From a virus (lineage: Duplodnaviria; Caudoviricetes), in IMG/VR virus record IMGVR_UViG_2823817231_000001, positions 20,111-84,110 of that record: 64,000 nt of DNA, one strand, 5' to 3'. The translations under genes and the position numbers were made by a program. Below the pieces are notes generated by a model. It had not been told where the DNA came from. It saw only the letters and a list, made by a program, of their open reading frames with translations, and searched no databases. Positions 27,319 to 35,709 of this stretch are shown in pieces (position 1 is the first letter of the stretch; each line of letters opens with the position of its first letter).

Positions 27319-27558
27319 TCAAAGATCCATCATCTGGCAATCAAACAACTCACTTATGCCGCCCATACCGCGCGCCAGTCCGGCAGTTGGCATAATGCCC
27401 TCCCCTATGACCCGATCCACCGAAGCCGCCGCGATCCGGCGTAGTGAACGCGGTATCCGTGGTGGCCGCGCGGCGGGGATGAAGTGAACAGGAGGGCAAT
27501 TGTGGCCCGATTTGGCGCGATGGACACGATCAGATTGCGGATTTTTGCCGTCGCCCAA
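27319..27558 (-). CDS. Hypothetical protein
   Basis: TTG start next to the LexA box. Confidence 0.4.
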   Translation of the reverse strand: MGDGKNPQSDRVHRAKSGHNCPPVHFIPAARPPRIPRSLRRIAAASVDRVIGEGIMPTAGLARGMGGISELFDCQMMDL

Positions 27559-27560
27559 AT

Positions 27561-27575
27561 GTTCTCATTTCGTTC
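27561..27575. promoter_or_regulatory. LexA box GTTC-TCATTTC-GTTC
   Basis: Exact match to the alphaproteobacterial SOS box GTTC-N7-GTTC. Confidence 0.75.
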
Positions 27576-27652
27576 TTTCCTACAAAATCGCCTCGCCATA
27601 TGAGCCCCGCCCCGGAGGAGCGGGTTAGCACATTCTAACGAGGAGGAATTTT

Positions 27653-27976
27653 GTGCCCAAATTGCTAGACCCAGTTTCGGGCATCGAATGCAAAATTGGA
27701 TGCCCCGTGTGTGACATTGGCTGTCACCTCACTCGAGTCATGATTGCAAACCTCTATCACGAGATAGAGCAATTGCGCCGCGCACAGCCACACGCAACGC
27801 GTCAGGAGTGGCTGGAGAACTTAGAGAACATCCGATCAGCTCAAGGCCATGTGCAAGCGTTGCAGACACGGCTTTTAAAGATGGGGCGGCCATTGGCGGC
27901 AGAATCGCCTCCAGAAGCGGAAGAACTACATCCGCTGAAATGGGAATATTCGTCTGGGCGGGATGCCCTTCATTGA
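27653..27976 (+). CDS. Cys-rich protein antisense to the repressor 3' half (candidate antirepressor)
   Basis: Strong GAGGAGG RBS before GTG; CKIGCPVCDIGC. Confidence 0.55.
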   Translation: MPKLLDPVSGIECKIGCPVCDIGCHLTRVMIANLYHEIEQLRRAQPHATRQEWLENLENIRSAQGHVQALQTRLLKMGRPLAAESPPEAEELHPLKWEYSSGRDALH

Positions 27977-28169
27977 TACCCAGAGCCTCGACCAGCTTCT
28001 TGGCCTCATCAAGTTTGATCATGCGAGGCTTTTTGCTGGGGTCGGTGGTGAAAATTTCAGCAACGCGCGAAGTGGGAATGCCAATCAGGCGTGAGATCTT
28101 CGCCTGAGTGGTTTCCCCCGTCTCAAGCTTGAGGCGCAATTCCGCCAATAATTCAGCATGGCTCAACAT
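27738..28169 (-). CDS. CI-like repressor lacking an S24 peptidase domain
   Basis: HTH TQAKISRLIGIPTSRVAEIF; divergent from cro; 143 aa. Confidence 0.8.
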   Translation of the reverse strand: MLSHAELLAELRLKLETGETTQAKISRLIGIPTSRVAEIFTTDPSKKPRMIKLDEAKKLVEALGINEGHPAQTNIPISADVVLPLLEAILPPMAAPSLKAVSATLAHGLELIGCSLSSPATPDALRVAVRGAIALSRDRGLQS

Positions 28170-28204
28170 TTTCCGACCATGCCAGCGATAGTCGCGCAAG
28201 TCCG

Positions 28205-28255
28205 CTTCGTTTATCGTAGTTTTTCCTTGCGATGGCACTACGTTTATCGTAGCAT
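28205..28255 (+). promoter_or_regulatory. PR-like promoter with two operators
   Basis: TTGCGA-17-TAGCAT (28227-28255); CTTCGTTTATCGTAG (28205-28219) and CTACGTTTATCGTAG (28238-28252); ATG at the predicted TSS. Confidence 0.85.
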
Positions 28256-28262
28256 TTTTGAC

Positions 28263-28511
28263 ATGCAGACAGTTTCCGACATTCTGGAGGCCCTTGGTGG
28301 CGCAGCCCGTGTAGCCAGAGAGGGGCGAATTCCCCTCACCACTGTTATTGGGTGGCGTGATGCCAATTTCATTCCGGAATGGCGCAGGCCGACGATCATT
28401 GATGTATCGAAGCATCAGGGGCGTCCCCTTTCTATCAAGGATTTCCCGCCTGTTGAGGCGCGTGTTCCCAGAAAGCGCCCCTCCCCCCAAACCACAGGTA
28501 GGGCGGCATGA
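28263..28511 (+). CDS. Cro-like protein
   Basis: MQTVSDILEALGGAARVAR...PLTTVIGWRDANFIPEWR. Confidence 0.85.
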   Translation: MQTVSDILEALGGAARVAREGRIPLTTVIGWRDANFIPEWRRPTIIDVSKHQGRPLSIKDFPPVEARVPRKRPSPQTTGRAA

Positions 28512-28519
28512 ACGGGCAT

Positions 28520-29290
28520 CTACTCATCCCTCGGCTGGGCGTCGACCAGGTTGGTGATGTGATAGCTCACGGGCTTCCCGCCAACCGTTTTGACGACACC
28601 ATCAACCCAAAAGATTTGCTCGAACGGGTTCCCGTCGTGATGAAGGATGGCGTCCTTTACCGCGTCACCAGCGAAGGTGAGTTTTTTCTCTTTCGGCGTA
28701 AAACGGTCGATGATCCCAAAATCACCGCTTTTACCAGAAGGTGCATTGCGCATCTGGAAAAGTGCCATTGGCTCATTTTCAAACCGTATTTCATCAGGAA
28801 ATTGCGAGTTCAGAAGGTGATTGGCATTATGGCTGATCGCGGACGCCTCCATTGGCGTCACGGTGTAGTGATTGATGATCGTTCCGCCCCTGTTGTCGAT
28901 CATGTTTATGCGAGCGCCGTCTCCATCGATAGCAAGTGGGGCGACAAAGCTGGCGGCATTTTTGATCGTGGGTCGATCAAGCTCTTTGGCCTCTGGGGTC
29001 AGGTGCAAAATGGACTGCAGGACCGCATAAAACGAGCCTGCAAAGTCTTTGACCTTTTCGTAGGCATCGTAAAGGTCTGCTGCTTTCTGCCCAAGAGCGA
29101 TCAACTCGGTAATCGTGCTGCCCGTTCTTACCTCGTGGACGAAAAGACGGGTTTCGCTATCGATCCCGTTTTCATCGGAGACGAAGCGCTTAAATTGATT
29201 TCCGAGCGCCGACAGAGAATTCGTCAAGTCGAGAAGTTCAAGCGGTCGCTTGTTTTTGTACTCGATTATTATGCTCGCTTCTTGAGTCAT
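28520..29290 (-). CDS. Hypothetical moron protein (antisense in the early-right operon)
   Basis: Globular 256-aa ORF; GGAG RBS; lower GC. Confidence 0.75.
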   Translation of the reverse strand: MTQEASIIIEYKNKRPLELLDLTNSLSALGNQFKRFVSDENGIDSETRLFVHEVRTGSTITELIALGQKAADLYDAYEKVKDFAGSFYAVLQSILHLTPEAKELDRPTIKNAASFVAPLAIDGDGARINMIDNRGGTIINHYTVTPMEASAISHNANHLLNSQFPDEIRFENEPMALFQMRNAPSGKSGDFGIIDRFTPKEKKLTFAGDAVKDAILHHDGNPFEQIFWVDGVVKTVGGKPVSYHITNLVDAQPRDE

Positions 29291-29496
29291 TCCGATTCTC
29301 CTTTGGAGAGTGATGAACATAGGATGGCCGAAGCTAGCGGGGTTTCAAGCCCTGCCAGCGGAGGGCGCGCCGCATGATTTGCCCCCGCGCGAACAGTTCC
29401 AAGCCCGTCTCGGGTCGCCGTGGTGGGCAGAGCGCAACCGCCGCCCACCCCAATTCGATTTTCATCATTCCTCATACCACTGTGGGTAACTGAAAC

Positions 29497-29949
29497 ATGA
29501 CCCTGCAATCCACGGCAAAACGCCCTGTGTTTTCCGCTTATTCCGCGCTTTGCATCGTCGGTGACGCCCTCTCGCGCATCAAAAAGGACGATGGCCTGAC
29601 ATGGGCCGATGTTGGCGCGGTCCTCGGCAAGAGCGAGGATCAGGCGGCAAAGTATGCGGCCGGTGAGGCCGACATGGGGCTGGTGTCCTTTGCGCGAGGA
29701 ATGCGCGAATGGAATGGCCGCCTTTCCGGCGAACTGCTCCAGCTTTGCAAGGACAGCCGCCCAGGCGCAGCATCGGATCGGATCGACGCAACGCGCGTCT
29801 TGCAGGCCGCTACCGCCCTGTCCGAGGCCCTGCAAACCGGCGACGAAATCACCATCGAGGCGATCCGCAAAAACCGTGCCGCGCTGGAGCGCGCCCGCGA
29901 TGCCATCGACGCCCAACTCGGCAAGCTGCGCCCGGAGGCGGCTGCATGA
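29497..29949 (+). CDS. CII-like regulator
   Basis: GLTWADVGAVLGKSEDQAAKY HTH; position after cro. Confidence 0.65.
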   Translation: MTLQSTAKRPVFSAYSALCIVGDALSRIKKDDGLTWADVGAVLGKSEDQAAKYAAGEADMGLVSFARGMREWNGRLSGELLQLCKDSRPGAASDRIDATRVLQAATALSEALQTGDEITIEAIRKNRAALERARDAIDAQLGKLRPEAAA

Positions 29950-30161
29950 TCCCCGATGGCCTCACTCCGTCCGAGCCCACGCTGGAAAGCATCGAGGAGA
30001 TTATCGCCTGCGCCGAGCGTCGGGTGAAGCGCGCGGGCCTGCGCCTTGAGCGGGCGCAGGAAGAACTTGGCGGCGCTGCTGCCGCGCTGGTGCGGGCGCG
30101 CGAGGACAAGGCGGCTTGGCTGCTGGCCAATCCTCAGGATCAGTTGGAAATGTTTGAGTGA
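29946..30161 (+). CDS. Hypothetical coiled-coil protein
   Basis: ATGA-coupled; ends QDQLEMFE. Confidence 0.6.
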   Translation: MIPDGLTPSEPTLESIEEIIACAERRVKRAGLRLERAQEELGGAAAALVRAREDKAAWLLANPQDQLEMFE

Positions 30162-30493
30162 TCTCTCTCCCCTTTCCACCCTCTAGCCTGTCGGGCCATG
30201 CCAAGGGGCATTGGCACGGAAAGGCTGCTGTCACAGCCAAGTGGCGCGCATGGGCCAAGGCAGCCGCTTTGGCGGCCAAGGTTCAGGCACCTGCCACTGG
30301 TGATATTCTGGTGCGCGTGAAGTTCACGCCCCCGGATCGCCGGGGCGACCGGGTGAACTTTCCCAACCGCATGAAGCCGATCTTCGATGGCCTCGCGGAT
30401 GCGTTGAAGGTCAACGATAGCCGGTTTCTGCCCAGCTTCGAGTTTGCGGCCCCTGAGAAGCCGGGCCGGATCGAGATTGAGATTTTGCCGTGA
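30158..30493 (+). CDS. RusA-like Holliday junction resolvase
   Basis: LPFPPS...PPDRRGDRVN...KPIFDGLADALKVNDSRF. Confidence 0.85.
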   Translation: MISLPFPPSSLSGHAKGHWHGKAAVTAKWRAWAKAAALAAKVQAPATGDILVRVKFTPPDRRGDRVNFPNRMKPIFDGLADALKVNDSRFLPSFEFAAPEKPGRIEIEILP

Positions 30494-31152
30494 GCGATCT
30501 CCTTGCCCGCCTCATTGCTGCCGGTACGCCTGCCGATCTTGTTGCCGAAGTGGCGATGGAGATTGCGCGCGCCGATGTGGTGCGGCGGCAGGAGGCCGAA
30601 GAAGCGGCCCGCAAGGAGAAGAAGCGCGCCGACACCGCCCGCCGCCAACGCGAGTTCAAGGCCCGCAACCGGCAAGAGGTAACGCAAAGTAACGCAGATA
30701 ACGCGTTACCGGCGTTAGCTGGCGTTACCTCCCCCGCCCTTTCCCCCTCCCCCAATGAAATTAATTCTAACCCCCACCCCCATACCCACCCGGAAACAAA
30801 CACCGCGCGCACACGAGGGACGCGCCTTCCGGTCGATTGGGTTCCCGAACCGCTGACGGGCGATGCGGCCAAAGCCATCGCCCAATGGCCACCCGGCGCG
30901 CTGGAGCGCGAACTGGCCCGGTTTCGGGATTGGGCAGCATCCACCAGCGGCCCCAACGCCGTGAAGAAAGATTGGCAAGCGGCATGGCGCAACTGGCTCC
31001 GCAAAGCTCACGATGAAGGCAGGTATCTGAAACATGGCAACCACGAGCGAAACCAAAACCATCGGCCAGCAATTGCCCAGCCTCCCGGCGATGGGCTCAC
31101 CGAAGCCCTGCGGCGCCGAGGGGTCTATGATTGCGTTGGCTATGACCGCTGA
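30490..31152 (+). CDS. Phage replication initiator (lambda O-like)
   Basis: RGTRLPVDWVP...FRDW...KKDWQAAWRNW; internal iterons. Confidence 0.8.
   Translation: MSDLLARLIAAGTPADLVAEVAMEIARADVVRRQEAEEAARKEKKRADTARRQREFKARNRQEVTQSNADNALPALAGVTSPALSPSPNEINSNPHPHTHPETNTARTRGTRLPVDWVPEPLTGDAAKAIAQWPPGALERELARFRDWAASTSGPNAVKKDWQAAWRNWLRKAHDEGRYLKHGNHERNQNHRPAIAQPPGDGLTEALRRRGVYDCVGYDR
30679..30770. repeat. Putative replication origin iterons
   Basis: Three TAACGC and three inverted GCGTTA at ~10-bp spacing, then AT-rich AATGAAATTAATTCTAA. Confidence 0.7.
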
Positions 31153-31669
31153 GCAGCGCCGCGACCTGCGCGCCATTGCTGCCGCCCCACTCCCGGTGCT
31201 GCGCACTTGCTCCGATGAGGGCTTTGACCGCTGCATGGCCGCGCTGAGCATCCTGCCGCGCCGCAAATCCGGATCGGACGAAGGCGCGGTGCTGCTTGAG
31301 GTCTATCGCCGCGCCCTTGGCGGCCTGCCCAGCGCGCAGCTTGTGTGGGTGGTCGATACGGCGCTGGTCCGCCTCAAGTGGTTTCCCACGATTGCCGAAT
31401 TGCTGGAGATCGCGGGTGAATGGCGGCGGGATGATGAACACGCCCGCGCGCAGGCCCGCGCTGAGGCTGCGCTGCGCCATGATCGGCAAGCCCGGTATGA
31501 CGGGGCCATGACGGCACTTAGCCGCGGCGAAATGGATCAGGGGGCGATTGATGCTCTCCCGCTGCCCTGGGCGCAGGCTGCGGCGCGTCTGGGCTGGCTG
31601 GTGGAGAGCGCGGGCCGGTTCGCCCTGCCCCGCCCGGTGGCTGGGCGGATCAATGGGGAAGCGGCATGA
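31142..31669 (+). CDS. Replication accessory/helicase-loader-like protein
   Basis: YRRALGGLP...KWFPTIAEL motif. Confidence 0.65.
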   Translation: MTAEQRRDLRAIAAAPLPVLRTCSDEGFDRCMAALSILPRRKSGSDEGAVLLEVYRRALGGLPSAQLVWVVDTALVRLKWFPTIAELLEIAGEWRRDDEHARAQARAEAALRHDRQARYDGAMTALSRGEMDQGAIDALPLPWAQAAARLGWLVESAGRFALPRPVAGRINGEAA

Positions 31670-31905
31670 CCGAAGCGCAGGATCTCTTTGCGCGTCTGGG
31701 CTTCGATCAGCGTGGCCGTTTGGCTCCCCAGCCTGCGCCCGCTCAGGTGTCCGCGCCTGCCGCCACCCTCTCGGAATACATCTGCGACCTGTTCGTGAAG
31801 CGGCTGAGCGATGCGCAGCTAACCGAGCGCAGGACCGCAGGCGCCTATCGCAACATTCGGCCCGAATATCTCAAGGGCTATCACCAAGCAGCAAGGGGGA
31901 AGTGA
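31666..31905 (+). CDS. Hypothetical protein
   Basis: Coupled ORF. Confidence 0.55.
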   Translation: MTEAQDLFARLGFDQRGRLAPQPAPAQVSAPAATLSEYICDLFVKRLSDAQLTERRTAGAYRNIRPEYLKGYHQAARGK

Positions 31906-32288
31906 TGAATATCCAGAGCGCCGGGCAAATGGACCTGTTTCCGCATCGGGCCGAACTGAGCCCCGCCGAACAGGTGGTTTACCAGATGATCTACGAGGCG
32001 GCCGAGAACAGCCAGCCCTGCCCGGTCAACATCGATTTCGAAGTCGCTGCGGGTTTCAATTCCAGCAGCATGGGTTCCGTCACGGTCGCGCGGCTTGAGG
32101 CCAAGGGCCTGATCAAGGTCGAGCGTTTTCAGAAATTCAGGGAGGTTGAAGTGATTGCAACGGGTAAGCGCACGGCGCGCGCATCGAACATGCATGTGGT
32201 TCGCCCGCATGTGGCGCGTGGCTTTGGCGCCGGGTCGCGCGCACCGCGTCCGACCGACCGCAAGGGCTATAAGCGGGGGAGGCTCTGA
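31905..32288 (+). CDS. Winged-HTH protein (candidate late activator)
   Basis: LSPAEQVVYQMI...VARLEAKGLIKVER; directly before terminase. Confidence 0.6.
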   Translation: MNIQSAGQMDLFPHRAELSPAEQVVYQMIYEAAENSQPCPVNIDFEVAAGFNSSSMGSVTVARLEAKGLIKVERFQKFREVEVIATGKRTARASNMHVVRPHVARGFGAGSRAPRPTDRKGYKRGRL

Positions 32289-32290
32289 GC

Positions 32291-32830
32291 GTGGCTGAAC
32301 TGAACGACAAGCAGCTTCGCTTTGTCGAGGAATATCTTGTGGACCTCAACGCCACGCAAGCGGCGATCCGCGCGGGCTACAGCGCGAAAACGGCTTATTC
32401 GCAGGGGGAGCGCCTGTTGAGGCATGTTGAGGTTGCCAGAGCCATTACAGAGCGGAAAACGGACAGGTCGGTCAAGACCGGCATTGATGCGCAATGGGTA
32501 CTGATGCGCCTTGCCGGTGATGCCGAGGCGGATCTGGCCGACCTGTATGATGATGCGGGCGGGCTCAAGCCTATCCACGAATGGCCGGTTGCGTTTCGCA
32601 AGGGGCTGGTCGCCGGTGTAGAGGTTGAGGAACTGTTTGAAGGGCAAGGCGAGAACCGCACGCAGATTGGCCGGGTTCGCAAGATCCGCCTCGCTGACCG
32701 CCTCAAGGTGGTGGAACTGATTGGCAAGCATGTCGATGTGCAGGCGTTCAAGGAGCGGATCGACCATGGCCTGACCGATGACCTTGCCGCCGCGATCATG
32801 GCGGGCAATGCGCGGGTGGCGGGCGCCTGA
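32291..32830 (+). CDS. Terminase small subunit
   Basis: KQLRFVEEYLVDLNATQAAIRAGYSAKTA. Confidence 0.95.
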   Translation: MAELNDKQLRFVEEYLVDLNATQAAIRAGYSAKTAYSQGERLLRHVEVARAITERKTDRSVKTGIDAQWVLMRLAGDAEADLADLYDDAGGLKPIHEWPVAFRKGLVAGVEVEELFEGQGENRTQIGRVRKIRLADRLKVVELIGKHVDVQAFKERIDHGLTDDLAAAIMAGNARVAGA

Positions 32831-34332
32831 TGGCAGAGGTCAGCCCCAAGATGGAATTGGCGCGGCGGATTGGCGAGTTTCGCTATTCGCCGCGCAGCCA
32901 TGCCCTGTTCGCCTATCCGTGGGAGAGCGAACGCTTGCCGTCCTCCGGGCCGCGCACATGGCAGAATGAAATGTTCCTGCAAATCGAGGAGCATTTGAGC
33001 AGCCCGGCCACGCGGCACACGCCCTGCCGGATCGCGGTTGCATCAGGCCATGGTATCGGCAAGTCGGCCGGTATCTCGATGGTGAACAAGTGGGCGCTCG
33101 ACACCTGTGTCGATACGCGCGTGGTGGTGACGGCCAACACCGAGGGCCAGCTTCTGACCAAGACCGGGCCGGAACTGACCAAGTGGTGCCAGTTGGCGCT
33201 GACCTCAGATTGGTTCAAGCCCAGCGCCACCAGCATCGCCTCGCTGATGCGCGGGCATGACAAGGCATGGCGCACGGACCTTGTGACCTGGAGCGAGAAC
33301 AACACCGAGGCTTTCGCTGGCCTGCACAATCAGGGCAAGCGCATCGTCCTGATTTTCGACGAGGCATCGGGCATCGCGGCGAAGGTCTGGGAGGTGGCGC
33401 TGGGCGCGCTGACCGACGAGGACACCGAAATCCTGTGGCTGGCGTTCGGCAACCCGACCCAGAACACCGGGGCTTTCCGCGAGTGCTTTGGCAAGGCGCG
33501 CAATCTCTGGAAAACCAAGCAGATCGACAGCCGCACGGTGGAAGGCACGAACAAGGCCTATCTGGATGAACTGGTGCGGACCTATGGTGAGGAAAGCGAT
33601 ATTGCTAAGGTGCGTGTGCGCGGGCTGTTCCCCTCGGCCTCCTCGATGCAGTTTATCGCGCTGGATGCGGTAGAGGCCGCCCAGAAGCGCCAGCCCTTTG
33701 ATGCGCTTGGCTCTGAGCCGGTGATCTTCGGCGTGGACTGCGCGCGCATGGGCGATGACGAGAGCGTGTTGGCGATCCGCTGCGGGCGCGATGCCGTGTC
33801 GCGGCCGTGGAAGCGCTGGACCAAGATGGACAGCATGACGCTGGCCGGTGACATTGCGCTGGAGGCGGACAAATATCACCCCGATATGATATTCGTCGAT
33901 GCGGGCAACATCGGGGCGGCCATCGTGGATCGCCTGCGCCAGTTGCGCCCCGATGTGCCGGTGGTCGAGGTATGGTTTGGCGCCGAGGGGCGCGATGCCG
34001 AACTGGAGCCGGGGGTGCGCGTCCACACCGCCAACAAGCGCGCCGAAATGTGGACCAAGATGCGCCATTGGCTGCGCGGCGCCAGCATCCCGCAAGAGGA
34101 TCGCCTGCGGGACGATCTGATCGGGCCGACCTATTCATTTGGTGGTGACGACACCTCGATCCTGCTGGAGCGCAAGAAGGACATGAAGAAGCGCGGACTT
34201 CCCTCGCCAGATTGGGGCGATGCGCTGGCCTGCACCTTTGCCGAGCCGGTGATGCCGCGCGCGGTGCCGGGGTATCTCAATCCTGACAATTACGGGGAAA
34301 GCGGAGGGGATCGGTATGCGGAACTCGACTGA
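32830..34332 (+). CDS. Terminase large subunit
   Basis: SGHGIGKS Walker A, LIFDEAS Walker B, FGNPT, GVDCAR, SPDWGDAL. Confidence 0.96.
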   Translation: MAEVSPKMELARRIGEFRYSPRSHALFAYPWESERLPSSGPRTWQNEMFLQIEEHLSSPATRHTPCRIAVASGHGIGKSAGISMVNKWALDTCVDTRVVVTANTEGQLLTKTGPELTKWCQLALTSDWFKPSATSIASLMRGHDKAWRTDLVTWSENNTEAFAGLHNQGKRIVLIFDEASGIAAKVWEVALGALTDEDTEILWLAFGNPTQNTGAFRECFGKARNLWKTKQIDSRTVEGTNKAYLDELVRTYGEESDIAKVRVRGLFPSASSMQFIALDAVEAAQKRQPFDALGSEPVIFGVDCARMGDDESVLAIRCGRDAVSRPWKRWTKMDSMTLAGDIALEADKYHPDMIFVDAGNIGAAIVDRLRQLRPDVPVVEVWFGAEGRDAELEPGVRVHTANKRAEMWTKMRHWLRGASIPQEDRLRDDLIGPTYSFGGDDTSILLERKKDMKKRGLPSPDWGDALACTFAEPVMPRAVPGYLNPDNYGESGGDRYAELD

Positions 34333-34646
34333 TGGCTATGAGGCTTTCATCCATGGCATGATTGCCTTGGGGCATGATAGGCATTGGCTGCGGCGCAATG
34401 AGGCGGCGCTGCGGCGCAGGTTTGCGCGGGATGGGATGCCGTTTCCGCCGCTGCCTGAGCCGGAGCCGAGGGGGCGGGATCGGTATGAGGGGCTTTGAGA
34501 GTAAGCGTGTATTGGCCGCATGGTTGGGCATTGGACAAGAATTTGCTCGATAGACTTTAGACATCTAACTGAAATTTCGAAAACTTTAATACATTTATAC
34601 CAATGAAAACAGAATAAATTACAAGCATCATTGAAAATTTTCAAAT

Positions 34647-35531
34647 TTATCCGACATTAACACCAACATCACCGACTACAACGCAATGTACAGGGGTCTT
34701 AAATTCAGGGAACAACTGGATAAAAACCAGAACCAAATTAGCATATCGCCCATCTGGATCTAACTTGAGTCTAATGTTGAACCATCCTTTGGCTTCGTCG
34801 TCGCACTTGAATTCAATGTTCCTATCTTTATGACTAGAAGTATCTCCCACGTATTTTTCAATTTCCTGTGTGCGATTTAGAATAATATCTTGCAGAAACG
34901 GCTTAAATTTATCCAGTCCAAGTTGTGCAACGGCAAATGCATGCGCCGTCTTCGCCAGCCATCGCAGATACATGTCTCGAGAAATACTTCCTATTTGGGC
35001 CTTCACAAATTTTGCGCCTTTATCTCTTCCTACTTCTTGGCAAATAGAATCTATTGCAGCACGATCTCCAGTGTCCCACAAGCGCCCTTTTTCGAAACCA
35101 GGCGCTACTGGAAGCCCAAAAATCGCTGGCGGAGGTGATTCCCAAAGCACAATATACCATGGGGCTTGGGCAAGCGGAATTTTCTTGTAACCCAGATCAC
35201 GGAGTTGTTGGCCATGTTTGTCAATTTCCGTGAAGGTAATCCTCATTTCACTGGGGCGATCTTTTGGTTTTGTCCTTGAAGGTGCTCCAAATTTCGCACG
35301 AAAGGTTCCAAGCTGCTTTTTTAGAACTTCTTGCTCATAACGCTGGATAATTGCCTGACACTTTACACAACATGCGTCCTTAATGCTGATAACATGGGCA
35401 CCAAGGGCATACGGAATGACGTGCTCATCAGTAAGATTTTCCGAATGATTATTGCAATAAATACAACAACCAGGACTGGTTATTTTAATAGGCTTGAAAT
35501 TATCTAGACTAATTATAGTAGAATTCATCAT
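34647..35531 (-). CDS. HNH endonuclease-domain moron protein
   Basis: CIYC...DEHVIPYALG...CVKC; low GC; AT-rich upstream region. Confidence 0.85.
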   Translation of the reverse strand: MMNSTIISLDNFKPIKITSPGCCIYCNNHSENLTDEHVIPYALGAHVISIKDACCVKCQAIIQRYEQEVLKKQLGTFRAKFGAPSRTKPKDRPSEMRITFTEIDKHGQQLRDLGYKKIPLAQAPWYIVLWESPPPAIFGLPVAPGFEKGRLWDTGDRAAIDSICQEVGRDKGAKFVKAQIGSISRDMYLRWLAKTAHAFAVAQLGLDKFKPFLQDIILNRTQEIEKYVGDTSSHKDRNIEFKCDDEAKGWFNIRLKLDPDGRYANLVLVFIQLFPEFKTPVHCVVVGDVGVNVG

Positions 35532-35651
35532 TCATCCTAATTGTCTAAATTTTTAAATTTATTAGTTTATATTAATTTTTACTAAAATATCAGCATCTGC
35601 CGAATCTTAGAAAATCCGAGATAGGGAGGCAAGCTCATTTCCCTCCCACCC

Positions 35652-35685
35652 CGCGATTCAAGCCCCACCCCATAAACGATAGCCA
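35652..35685 (+). promoter_or_regulatory. Putative late promoter CGCGATTCAA-N18-TAGCCA
   Basis: One of five identically spaced copies. Confidence 0.7.
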
Positions 35686-35709
35686 GCCTCCTAACCACAG
35701 GAGGCTCCT

